From sequence record MT360682.2: a stretch of 49,828 nt of DNA; one strand, 5' to 3'. Position numbers and translations under genes: made by a program. Shown piece by piece: positions 22,085 through 31,350 of this stretch. Each line of letters opens with the position of its first letter. Positions within the stretch are counted from its first letter, which is position 1. The notes beneath the pieces are model-generated. The model did no database searches and had not been told where the DNA came from. It saw only the letters and a list, made by a program, of their open reading frames with translations. The DNA is from Vibrio phage Vc1.

Positions 22085-22747
22085 ATGAGACTTTCAGAAA
22101 GCAAGACCAACGTTATTAAGACACTTTTCGAGGCTCGCCAACTTTTCACAAAGGTGAAAAACGGCAAGGAGAATACGCACCTTAAAAACAGCTACGCAAC
22201 GCTTGACAGTGTGCTTGATGCAATCATGCCAGCATTAACAGATCTTGATATCTTTCTCACGCAAGATCAGTTTATGAGCGACGATCTGAAATCAATGACG
22301 GTATTAACGCGATTTATTCACGTTGAATCTAATGAATGGGTTGAATACAGTTTCACGCTTCCCACTCAGAAACTTGATCCTCAAGGTGGCGGCTCAACAA
22401 ACAGCTATGCGCGGCGTTACGCTCTTTGTACTTGCTTGGGACTGGCGACGGCTGATGATGATGCGCAATTAGCGGTTAAAACGGCTCAGGACTGGAAAAA
22501 AGACCTTGACCAGTGCGTTGATATTACCGACCTGCAAGAAACGTTTAAAACGGCTTTCAGGCAATCTGACGCAGCTAACCGCGTTATCATCAAAGAGCAT
22601 TACGACAAGCTGAAAGCTAAAATGACTGCCGCAACGGCAACAGGGTTCACCCCAGCAAAACCTACTGAAAACCTTGCTAAATCGGAAGTGGTTGCAAATA
22701 CACATAAGCCGGAAGTAAAATCTCAATCCATAGAATCTTTTGAATAA
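22085..22747 (+). CDS. erf: ERF-family single-strand annealing protein
   Basis: LKNSYATLDSVLDAIMPAL...GGGSTNSYARRYALCTCLGLATADDDA. Confidence 0.85.
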   Translation: MRLSESKTNVIKTLFEARQLFTKVKNGKENTHLKNSYATLDSVLDAIMPALTDLDIFLTQDQFMSDDLKSMTVLTRFIHVESNEWVEYSFTLPTQKLDPQGGGSTNSYARRYALCTCLGLATADDDAQLAVKTAQDWKKDLDQCVDITDLQETFKTAFRQSDAANRVIIKEHYDKLKAKMTAATATGFTPAKPTENLAKSEVVANTHKPEVKSQSIESFE

Positions 22748-22785
22748 TTAACGAGGGGCGGAAACGCCCCATTAACGAGAATTAA

Positions 22786-23232
22786 ATGCACATTATCACT
22801 GGTGAAATTCGCAAAGAGCCTTTCATCAAACAAGGACAGAACGGGACGCTTTATATCGTTGAGCTTTCAGAATCGTATAAGGATCGAGAAGGCAACCGCC
22901 AATACACTAACTACAAATTCTTTTTCAACGCCAAGAGCGAAGGAATGAATTCATGGTATGCAGACGCATTCAAGAAAGGAAAAATCATTTCCGTGTCGTG
23001 CGATCAGTTGCGAATTGATCCAAACGAATATAACGGGCAGATTTATAACACCCTGACAAGTGCCGGATGGCCTAATCTTTCCTTCAGCCAGCGCGGCGGC
23101 CAGCAGCAGGCGCCGCAGCAGAGCCAGGGCGGCTGGGGCCAGCCGCAGCAGCCGCAGCAGCAGCAGCCGCGCCAGCAGGCGACCCAGAACAACGAACCGC
23201 CGATGGATTTTGATGATGATATTCCGTTTTAA
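22786..23232 (+). CDS. ssb: Single-stranded DNA-binding protein
   Basis: Q/P-rich tail ending in MDFDDDIPF; position after erf. Confidence 0.8.
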   Translation: MHIITGEIRKEPFIKQGQNGTLYIVELSESYKDREGNRQYTNYKFFFNAKSEGMNSWYADAFKKGKIISVSCDQLRIDPNEYNGQIYNTLTSAGWPNLSFSQRGGQQQAPQQSQGGWGQPQQPQQQQPRQQATQNNEPPMDFDDDIPF

Positions 23233-23379
23233 GCCGAAGCGGGGCCTTTTATTACTTGCTTGATTTTAGTTCTGCGATCTCCTTTTTATGTTCATCAACC
23301 TACGCGATGCCGTGTTTTTGTCTTTGCAAATCAATGTGGTACATCGCGTTTTCTGAATCTGCGCCTGATGCGCCGTATA

Positions 23380-23545
23380 CCCATATATCTATATATACCT
23401 TGCGGAAAGCAGATATATATAAAAATTTCGCAATATATAGCGTGGTATCCAGATACCCATGAAACACGCTATACAAGAAAAACATTTATATCTATATATA
23501 AAAAAATATATTACTTTTCAATGTGTTATATATAGATATTTAATG
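23380..23545. other. AT-rich block with ATATAT / ATATCTATATAT repeats (origin or regulatory candidate)
   Basis: Compositional contrast; similar AT-rich block at about 20580-20760. Confidence 0.35.
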
Positions 23546-23972
23546 TTCTTTTGTTCGTAAACGCATGAAGCGTATAGCAAAAGTGCGGAGGCTTAAATCA
23601 GGGAACAGCCTGGAACAAAAGACAACAGGAGCACGACGCGCACACCGGGCAAAAGGCCAGACGAAAGCGACTAACCACTCTGATCGGTCTCCGTGCGCGG
23701 ATTTCGGCATGTGGTCGGATGAGTTGGGTTTTACGGGAAATTTATTTTTCCATCTGGCGCAACAGTCCTTTTCTTTATTGCTCTACACAAAACAATCAAC
23801 ATCAATCGAAAATGCTGAAAACCGGACAAAAACGGACACGAATGAGCACGATTGAGTAAAACGTAGGCAGCATCTTGATTTTTCTCGTTTTTCCATCGAG
23901 TCTGGAATAATAGGAATAACCTGTTGATGGCCGGGGAATTGTACGGAATAACCTTTTGTCATTCGATCGGAG

Positions 23973-24030
23973 AAATAGCACTTTTGTTGAAACTCCATCG
24001 AACCAATCAGCGATAATGCATTCAACGAAA
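23973..24030 (+). promoter_or_regulatory. Dispersed module copy: TAGCACTTTTGTTGA .. GATAAT .. CAACGAAAC
   Basis: Box 23975, -10-like 24011 (offset 36). Confidence 0.8.
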
Positions 24031-24047
24031 CGAATTGAGGAAATGAT

Positions 24048-24258
24048 GATGAAACGCAGCAGCGACGCAAAAGTTTACTTTTACCACACTCACTTCTACA
24101 TCTGGCAATACTGCAACGTGGTCTAGCGTGAAGAAGGCAAAGGCCGCTGGGTACGTGTAACGCAAGAGCGATTCTTCGATGCGAGCAAGCGTTCCACTGA
24201 AATGAACATCGACGCAGATAATAAGGTGCGTGTTTACTCTCACATGAGCGACATTTGA
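24048..24258 (+). pseudogene. Small protein gene apparently split by one frameshift
   Basis: [25 protein letters not shown] then [43 protein letters not shown] in another frame; own promoter-like module upstream. Confidence 0.45.
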
Positions 24259-24259
24259 T

Positions 24260-24340
24260 ATGGCTAACGCAACAGACACAATCGGCCTCGTTATCACGGG
24301 GCTTGCAATAATAATTTTCTGGATTTCCGTGACCAAATAG
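24260..24340 (+). CDS. Predicted 26-aa membrane microprotein
   Basis: [26 protein letters not shown]; stop codon lies inside a dispersed box. Confidence 0.4.
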   Translation: MANATDTIGLVITGLAIIIFWISVTK

Positions 24341-24372
24341 CACGAATTGGTAAAACAGAAATAACCAATCAG
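24336..24372 (+). promoter_or_regulatory. Truncated/degenerate module copy: TAGCACGAATTGGTA .. ACCAATCAGG abutting the antisense fibre fragment
   Basis: Box 24338; no convincing -10 hexamer. Confidence 0.6.
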
Positions 24373-24377
24373 GGCAA

Positions 24378-25612
24378 TAACACCCCCTGGAATCGCCCCG
24401 ACCAAATAGCCCCGGAATTGACCCGCTTTGAACGCCGTTTAAATCAGGCGCTCGGAATGTTGTTCGACCATCACCATTAGACCACTTACCACGTTTAAAT
24501 GCGCTAGATAACCAATCCGCATCATCAATAGGTGTGTGCATTTGAGCGTGCGCCCACAATTCAGGCCAATCAGTGCGGTTAAGCAATTGACCATCAAGAG
24601 GAACAGCCCAGCGCGGAATAAATGCGCGAGAATCCCATAATATTTTCTCACCGATGCCGGAGTTTTGAACGCCGTTCATAGTCGGACCAACACCGCCGCC
24701 TTTCACGTAGTTTCTCACCCAGCGTTTTGTTGTAGCGTCATAATCGCTTACCGGATCACCTCCTAGCGGAGTTGCACCAATAGGCCGCATATTCAGCCAA
24801 GCAGCAGCACGATCGGCAATCTCAGAGAAATTATTTGCAATCAAGAATGTTTCGATGTCGGCTGGAACATCCAGGATATTTCTAGCGCCTTGTCTATCTG
24901 ATACGTCTGCCGGGTTTTGATCTTTATGCAACAGGTTTTCAGGGCTAACGGATTTAGCCCACTGTTCAGCCTGATCACGCGCAGTTTCAGCGCCAGCTTT
25001 AGCAGTATCAGCGCCAGCTTTTGATTCTTCCGCCGCAAATTGTGCTTCCTCAGCAGCGTCGCGAGCGTCAAGCGCTTCATTCTTAATTGCGTCAATGTCG
25101 GTAACGGCAGAATCTTTAATTTGTTGCGTTTCCTGCTTAATCTGATTGGTTGCCTGTTGTGCGGCTTCCGCGCCAGCTTGAGCCGCTTGAGCATCCAATT
25201 TCGCTTGATCTGTATCTTTTGCGGCTTGCTCAATCCTAGCAACTAGATCTTTTAATCCCTGCAAATCGAAATCACGGAAAAATTCTAGCGCATCAGCGAT
25301 TTCTGTCTCCTTGCTTTGATAGTAACGCAGCGTTTCAGCAACGTCTTGCGCCATACCATCAACAGTTAGCGAGTCATTCAGCAAGATCACATAATTAGAT
25401 CCATCTGGAACAACAGCGCCGTTTGTTTGAATGGCTTTCATTTCCGTGTCGCTCACAATGTCGCTAATTACAGCAAGAGTCAAAGGAGTTGTTAGAAATA
25501 CGATTGTTGCACCAGTGCGAATAAGGGAAAGTGGTTCCCTCCATTTTGTACCGACGCCAGTGATCACACCTTGAGCATCCATTGACGCCGTACCAGTACG
25601 ATATAAAGCCAT
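24378..25612 (-). CDS. Tail fibre N-terminal portion plus collar-like region, 3' end truncated
   Basis: [24 protein letters not shown]... coiled coil, [21 protein letters not shown]; homology to the second copy ends near 24378. The remaining ORF to 23783 is read-through into unrelated antisense DNA. Confidence 0.8.
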
Positions 25613-25671
25613 AAATTCACCTCATACATTTATTGTTAAAAAATCTTTAATTATGCCTCATTGCTTGAATT

Positions 25672-25698
25672 TCGGCAATAAAAAACCCCGCCGAAGCG
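25672..25698 (-). terminator. Terminator-like hairpin CCCCGC-TTCG-GCGGGG-TTTTTT after the primase gene
   Basis: Direct reading. Confidence 0.75.
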
Positions 25699-25773
25699 GG
25701 GTTGTTGAACGACAACGAAAGTCAATGAAGCAAATTAAAAGACAACATCACAAAAGCATTAGCATTTATGATA

Positions 25774-26700
25774 TTACAATAAGCTTTCGGCCTTGTAAAG
25801 TCTCCTTTCTACACCTTTCTTGAAATTTCCGTCAATCGGGATCATAACGTCAAGTTGTCGCTCATCTGCTGCAATTAAAGTTTCCTTATCATCAGCGCGG
25901 CATACAACGCGCATTTTGCGATCTCCTTTGTAGCGATGCGCAACTATTTCAAGGTTAGACGGCGTAAAGCAATTCCATACCTCTTGTCCCGTCGCCGTGT
26001 GAATATGTTGTGCGTCAATCCAGTCAGCGCAAAGATAGATCGTCTTACCCGTATTTCCGGTGACTGTAACACTTCCTCGCGTATAATCCTTTGCGTAAAA
26101 ACTTTTTTTACCTTCCTCATTAACGAAAAGAATGTTGCACATTTCCTCATCCAGTTCGTCGGAGTGTACAAGGTGACACGGAATTGCGTGTATATGCTCA
26201 TCATGCGCACCGGGGTCGGCTTTCACGCCAACTTGATATGATTCACCGTCTAAAGGATAGAACGCCTCAAAGACGCTTAGAAACGTCGCTGTCATGGTTT
26301 CTGTTTTACTCATTACGTACTCGCATGATTCATGTGAAGCTTGAGCGCCGAAGTTGTAACCTGAATCACGACTAGCAACCTTATTCGCTTTGTTCACGAT
26401 CTCAACCGGAACCGGGTTTAACCACTCTCCTAGCGTGTCAATCGCTTCACTGTAATTTTCACCACGTATGCGCATGAATAATCCGATCCCTGAATCATTG
26501 CCGCACTGGTTGCATATGTTCCCGCCGTCGCCTTTCTCGTTAATTTTGTCCGTCCAACGAAATCGATCTTTACCGCCGCAATATGGGCATGGTTGGTGTT
26601 TACCGTTGAATGTCAGTTGCGGAATGTTGCAAAGCTTCATTAATGCAGTAGCCCACATTCCACGCATACGCGGGATCACTTCTTCTTTCTGGTAATGCAT
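25774..26700 (-). CDS. Primase/helicase zinc-ribbon domain protein
   Basis: QPCPYCGGKDRFRWTDK...GNICNQCG motif. Confidence 0.75.
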   Translation of the reverse strand: MHYQKEEVIPRMRGMWATALMKLCNIPQLTFNGKHQPCPYCGGKDRFRWTDKINEKGDGGNICNQCGNDSGIGLFMRIRGENYSEAIDTLGEWLNPVPVEIVNKANKVASRDSGYNFGAQASHESCEYVMSKTETMTATFLSVFEAFYPLDGESYQVGVKADPGAHDEHIHAIPCHLVHSDELDEEMCNILFVNEEGKKSFYAKDYTRGSVTVTGNTGKTIYLCADWIDAQHIHTATGQEVWNCFTPSNLEIVAHRYKGDRKMRVVCRADDKETLIAADERQLDVMIPIDGNFKKGVERRLYKAESLL

Positions 26701-26760
26701 TTCTATAACTCCACATCAAACTTTCTGGAATGATAGCGTTGCTTTCCTTATTGATTTTGA

Positions 26761-27192
26761 TTACGATCGCTTTTTGCGCTTGTAGTCCATCATGTGACGC
26801 TTTCTGCAGGTGGTTGAGTAAGCTTTCCCGTTATTGTCAAACTCAAGATCTGGACGGCAAAATGTTGCAGTGTATCCAGTAAATCCATTCATTTTTTTAT
26901 GATAATGAACTCGCCTCGCCACTTCTGGCGGAATCATGCCGCGCAACCTGTAAGCGTTTGTTAACCTGACACAGCACACTTTAAAGGCTTTTGCCATTTC
27001 GAGAAGGCCGCCGCAAATGGTCAATAACTGTTCAAAGCGAGCCTTTAACCCCGCTCTAACTTCCGGTTTTAGTCTCCATTTTGGTGGTATTTTTCGCTGT
27101 TTCTTGTCCTTTCCGCGCCTTGTTCCGTTGTTGCCGTTAATGCATCTTTTATCAATTTCACCTGTTGAGGCTGCAATCTTTTGCTTGTTCAT
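26761..27192 (-). CDS. Putative HTH regulator (YdaS/Cro-like)
   Basis: GGLLEMAKAFKVCCVRLTNAYRLRGMIPPEVARRVHY; divergent from the helicase gene. Confidence 0.4.
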   Translation of the reverse strand: MNKQKIAASTGEIDKRCINGNNGTRRGKDKKQRKIPPKWRLKPEVRAGLKARFEQLLTICGGLLEMAKAFKVCCVRLTNAYRLRGMIPPEVARRVHYHKKMNGFTGYTATFCRPDLEFDNNGKAYSTTCRKRHMMDYKRKKRS

Positions 27193-27202
27193 TTTTAGTT
27201 CC

Positions 27203-27260
27203 GGAGCACTTTCTGCTAAAACAAATCATCTTGCTTGTGTATCATCTGTATCAACTGGCT
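27203..27260 (+). promoter_or_regulatory. Divergent module copy: GAGCACTTTCTGCTA .. TATCAT .. CAACTGG upstream of the helicase gene
   Basis: Box 27204, -10-like 27240 (offset 36). Confidence 0.6.
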
Positions 27261-27278
27261 TTTAGTAAAGGACTGACA

Positions 27279-29375
27279 ATGATCCCGAACATTGAAAAAC
27301 AGTTAGCCTCATTGGGTGATGAAAAGATTGCAGCAATACAGAAACGTTTCACTGTCGGTGAGATTGTGCCTTATCCGTATCAGTGCGTTGCATACACGGA
27401 GATCGCAAAACGGCTAGCAAGATATGAACATCCGTTTTTCGTAAAGGCGGCGGTATCAGCAGGTAAGACAATAATCTTTGCTATGGTTGCGGCTCAGTGT
27501 CGAAAGATGGGGTTGAAAATGCTGACGCTTGCCCGTCAATCTGAGATTGTGGATCAGGACTCAAAGGAGATTAGCGCGTTCGGTGTTCCTAATTCAGTTT
27601 ATTGTGCTGGGCTTGGATTGCGCGGCGCTCACTTCCCGATCGTTGTCGGATCGGAAGGGACTGTTATCAATGGGCTTGAAAAGGCGTTAGGTGACTACGT
27701 GCCAGACGTTTTGGGGATTGATGAGTGCCATCAGGTTAACTGGAATGATATTGTAGAGGCTCGCGAGAATAACGAAACTTTAGAGCAGATGAAAACGCCG
27801 AAAGGTGATCTTGTTCCAAATCCTGATTACGACATAACAAACCCTAAAGGGAAAAGTGAATTCCTGATTGGTAATGATGGCTTGCCGCTAAAGGGTACAG
27901 GACGTACACAATACACCGTTATCATTGAAACCATGCGCAAGCGTTGCCTTGAAACCAACGGTCGAGAGTTGCGAATTTTCGGAATGACAGGATCGGAATA
28001 TCGCGGCGTTGAGCCAATTCTTATCGAAGACTGCGGAATCCCCGGGTTTTGGCGCGAACAGGTAACAAACATCGATACTGACTACCTTGTTAAGTTCGGA
28101 TCTGTTGTTACGACTCATTTTGGCGATGTTGGCGACTTGGGTTATGACCTGTCAGAGTTCCATAGCGAAGCAGAATTAGGTGTTGCAGATTACTCAGAGG
28201 CGCAACTAAAAGCGATGAGTAAGAAGATCCACGAATCTGGAACCATGACGCAGCAGATCATGAACATGGTTCACGAAGTGATGAAACAGCGGCTTTGCGC
28301 ACTGGTAACTTGCGCCGATGCTCGTCACTGCAAGGAAGCCGCCGCCGCTTTGCCGGAACGCACTGATTACCACATCATTACTGGTAAGACCGGAGAGAAG
28401 CAGCGCCGCGAATGGCTAAACGACGCATACGAAGGTAAAGTTAAATACATTTTCCGGGTTAAGGCTCTAACCACTGGCGTTAATATTCCGCCGTGGGACA
28501 CGTCTGTAATTCTGCGTAAAATCGGATCGTTGACTTTATTGGTTCAGCTTTTAGGTCGTGGAATGCGGCAATTAAAGAGCTATCATAAGAATGAGCTTGG
28601 AATGACAAAAACGGATCATCTTGTTCTTGATTTTTCTGGAACAATGTTCGAAATGGGTGAGTTATATTTCAATCCCATTCTTGAACAGGCGCAATATCAG
28701 CTACGCACGATCAAGAACAAAGAGACACCGTTTTGCCCGATTTGCAAAACTGAAAACTCAGGTTATGCGCGGCGATGTATTCATGAGGATGAAAATGGTA
28801 AACGTTGCGAACACTTTTGGTTTTACCGGGAATGCGAGGATATAATAGATCCTAAAACCAAAAAGATTATCAACAAAGGTTGTGGCACTAAAAACGACCC
28901 ATCAGCGCGAGATTGCCGTCATTGCGGAGAGCGATTAAAAGATCCGAATGACGAATTGCAGAAAACAGCATACAGACACGACGAATATTATGATGTTGTT
29001 GAATTTAAGGTTGAGTTGACGAGCAACGGGAAAGGAATTCTGTTCCGGTATGACTTACGAGGAATTAACGGCGATCGTTTTATTGCATACGAAAAATTTT
29101 GGGTGCAAAGTGATTCTAAATGGATTAGAAAAGCATGGAAATCAACATGCTTTAAGCATATTTTTGATAAGCGTATTGCAGGTGCTACGGCATCATATAA
29201 AGATGCACGTAAGGTAATGATGAATGCTCACCACTTCTTAGCGCCTAAGCGCGTTTCATGGCGCAAGAATACGAAGGGCGAAGAATGGATCGGAAAAAAG
29301 GAATATTGGATATGTATAAAGAGTTTTACGAAAAGACAGCAACAGACACCAGATCGGAAGATGCGCATCAGATAG
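27279..29375 (+). CDS. SF2 DNA helicase/ATPase
   Basis: AAVSAGKT (Walker A), DECH, LLGRGMRQ motif VI; C-terminal zinc-binding cysteines. Confidence 0.85.
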   Translation: MIPNIEKQLASLGDEKIAAIQKRFTVGEIVPYPYQCVAYTEIAKRLARYEHPFFVKAAVSAGKTIIFAMVAAQCRKMGLKMLTLARQSEIVDQDSKEISAFGVPNSVYCAGLGLRGAHFPIVVGSEGTVINGLEKALGDYVPDVLGIDECHQVNWNDIVEARENNETLEQMKTPKGDLVPNPDYDITNPKGKSEFLIGNDGLPLKGTGRTQYTVIIETMRKRCLETNGRELRIFGMTGSEYRGVEPILIEDCGIPGFWREQVTNIDTDYLVKFGSVVTTHFGDVGDLGYDLSEFHSEAELGVADYSEAQLKAMSKKIHESGTMTQQIMNMVHEVMKQRLCALVTCADARHCKEAAAALPERTDYHIITGKTGEKQRREWLNDAYEGKVKYIFRVKALTTGVNIPPWDTSVILRKIGSLTLLVQLLGRGMRQLKSYHKNELGMTKTDHLVLDFSGTMFEMGELYFNPILEQAQYQLRTIKNKETPFCPICKTENSGYARRCIHEDENGKRCEHFWFYRECEDIIDPKTKKIINKGCGTKNDPSARDCRHCGERLKDPNDELQKTAYRHDEYYDVVEFKVELTSNGKGILFRYDLRGINGDRFIAYEKFWVQSDSKWIRKAWKSTCFKHIFDKRIAGATASYKDARKVMMNAHHFLAPKRVSWRKNTKGEEWIGKKEYWICIKSFTKRQQQTPDRKMRIR

Positions 29376-29773
29376 ACGCTATGGCGTGGCTGCGCTACCA
29401 GTTCCCCACATGGATCACGTTTCATGTTAACAACGAAGGCAAGAAAAGGACCGGACAACCGCTAAAGGATCAGAAGAAGGGACTGTTAAAGGGTGTGCCG
29501 GATATCCTGATTATTCCTGACCGGACGCAATGCAAATATGGCTTCATTGCCATTGAACTAAAACGCGCTAAGAAATCACTTTCTAAGGTTTCAGATGATC
29601 AGAAGAAGTTTCTTCAGCGGGTAACGGAAAATGGAGGCTTTGCCGCGCTATGCTATGGTGCTGACCAGGTTCAAGCGGCAATACAAGAGGCACTAAAAAA
29701 GCACTTTTTGCTAAAACAGCCCCAAAGCAATGGGGCAAAATTCACACAACGAAACAAAAAGGAGAAATTATAA
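29258..29773 (+). CDS. VRR-NUC domain nuclease
   Basis: KGLLKGVPDILIIPDR...FIAIELKRAKKSLSKVSDDQKKFLQRVTENGGFAALCYG; true start may be downstream of 29258. Confidence 0.8.
   Translation: MAQEYEGRRMDRKKGILDMYKEFYEKTATDTRSEDAHQIDAMAWLRYQFPTWITFHVNNEGKKRTGQPLKDQKKGLLKGVPDILIIPDRTQCKYGFIAIELKRAKKSLSKVSDDQKKFLQRVTENGGFAALCYGADQVQAAIQEALKKHFLLKQPQSNGAKFTQRNKKEKL
29697..29756 (+). promoter_or_regulatory. Module copy inside the 3' end of the VRR-NUC gene: AAGCACTTTTTGCTA .. CAAAAT .. CAACGAAAC
   Basis: Box 29699, -10-like 29736 (offset 37). Confidence 0.75.
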
Positions 29774-30517
29774 ATGGCAAAAGATATTTTAGACAAAGGA
29801 ACGATTGACGGCGTTGAAAAAGTTGACGAAATGGATATTCACGAATTGCAACACGGATCTTATTCAAGCATTGCTTTGCGCTCAGGCGGTCATTATCAAC
29901 CAGTCAAGGAAAATACATTTTATAAAGTAACTGGCAACCATTACGCCGGAAGTAAAACACCCGATGTTGTTCGAGATTTGTGGGAAACTCCAGACGAAAT
30001 TGTTGAGTATCTAAGCGAGCGCTACGGAGAGTATGATCTTGATGCAGCAGCCATCGAGAATAATAAAAAATGTGATAAGTTCTACAGTAAGGAAACAAAC
30101 TGCTTGAAGCGTTGGTGGGGTAGCAATAAACACGTATGGTTAAATCCTCCATATTCAAATCCAGATCCGTTTGTCTACAAAGCAATTGAGCAACTGGAAC
30201 ACGGAAACCAGATTGACATTTTGCTTCCAGCAGACAATTCTACAGCATGGTTTAGTGATGCAGTTAAACACGCGGCTGAAGTTATCTGGATCACTGGCGA
30301 AACATGGGTAGACGATGGTCGCGAATATTCTAGAACAGGAGATATGGCGTTTATTTCTGGGCTGACTGGTGAATCAGTCAAAGGAAATAATAAAGGCAGC
30401 GTGATATTTATCATGCGCAAACTTAAAGAGGGTGAGAAACAACAAACTCACTATGTACCAATCAGTGAAATATGCCCTTCCGTTATGGATGATCGTAGAA
30501 AAGCGCGGAGTGTATAA
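29774..30517 (+). CDS. dam: Phage DNA N6-adenine methyltransferase (Dam family)
   Basis: DLWETPDEIVEYLSERYGEYDLDAAA...VWLNPPYSNPDPFV. Confidence 0.85.
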   Translation: MAKDILDKGTIDGVEKVDEMDIHELQHGSYSSIALRSGGHYQPVKENTFYKVTGNHYAGSKTPDVVRDLWETPDEIVEYLSERYGEYDLDAAAIENNKKCDKFYSKETNCLKRWWGSNKHVWLNPPYSNPDPFVYKAIEQLEHGNQIDILLPADNSTAWFSDAVKHAAEVIWITGETWVDDGREYSRTGDMAFISGLTGESVKGNNKGSVIFIMRKLKEGEKQQTHYVPISEICPSVMDDRRKARSV

Positions 30518-30520
30518 AAG

Positions 30521-30748
30521 ATGGATGATAAAGTTTTACAGTTAAATGAAGCTGGGTTATGGCTCATGTATCGCGCAATCGTATGTGAAACGATAGTTCA
30601 GAATGAGCTTGAAGAATACTTTGATCGCGATTTGTGGTCTTGGACTGAATGCCTGGATGCAAGTTTTGAAGAAACGGAAGAGCTTGAGTTTTCGGACTGG
30701 CGACAAAAAATCAGAGGATTTGGAGGAATACACGATGAGAGAGAGTAA
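30521..30748 (+). CDS. Hypothetical protein
   Basis: 75-aa ORF immediately after dam. Confidence 0.5.
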   Translation: MDDKVLQLNEAGLWLMYRAIVCETIVQNELEEYFDRDLWSWTECLDASFEETEELEFSDWRQKIRGFGGIHDERE

Positions 30749-30762
30749 ACGGGGGTTGGATT

Positions 30763-30822
30763 AATAGCACTTTTCGTTAAAAGCCCCGCAAGGGGCTTTG
30801 TTATTATGTATCCAACGAAACG
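30763..30822 (+). promoter_or_regulatory. Module copy: TAGCACTTTTCGTTA, hairpin, TATTAT, CAACGAAAC
   Basis: Box 30765, -10-like 30802 (offset 37). Confidence 0.85.
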
Positions 30823-31016
30823 AACTGGAGACACGAAACTGAAAATTTACAGCAAAAAGGCTTTTAAACTGGCTCAGGATATCGCAGAAATCGCCGTTAA
30901 AAATGGAAGTGAAAACGGAATGCAATTCGATTGGCATAGCGCAATGGTATTGCCCGCTGTTGCATACGGTCACCACAAAATGAATCCAGAAGATCAGAGA
31001 TGGAATTATTACTACA

Positions 31017-31259
31017 ATGAAGATCACGAAGGGTAAAAAGGAAACTTGGGAATTAGCGAAAAAAGGCGGTCTTGATGAAGGGATCGCCAAGATAGCTAAG
31101 TATTTCGATATTAAAGATGTTTGCGTTATTGTTGGCGATGAAATGGCATATGTAGAGGAAAAGCCGCGAAAGGTTGTTAGGGTTCCGGCTATTCCTACAA
31201 AAATCGACTACAAAGCCATACTTGAAAAGACTAAAGAGCAGAAGAAGTATTATAAATGA
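31017..31259 (+). CDS. Hypothetical protein
   Basis: 80-aa ORF overlapping the preceding small ORF (30806-31036). Confidence 0.45.
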   Translation: MKITKGKKETWELAKKGGLDEGIAKIAKYFDIKDVCVIVGDEMAYVEEKPRKVVRVPAIPTKIDYKAILEKTKEQKKYYK

Positions 31260-31350
31260 TGGAATTCAAATTTATTGACTCTGTTATGTTGCCAGATGTT
31301 GCCGGCTGGGTTATCATGTACGCCGTTATTATGAGTTAGAGGAATTAGAA

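Noticed and set aside
23783-24377. C-terminal ~200 aa of the 609-aa minus-strand ORF as genuine fibre sequence
   Set aside because: It runs antisense to a promoter-like module and small plus-strand ORFs; homology to the other fibre copy stops at about 24378.
31280-31330. Another module copy upstream of the metallophosphoesterase (TTGCCG-N22-TATTAT)
   Set aside because: The 22-nt spacing matches but the TAGCAC...TGCTA box is absent; probably chance within a small ORF.
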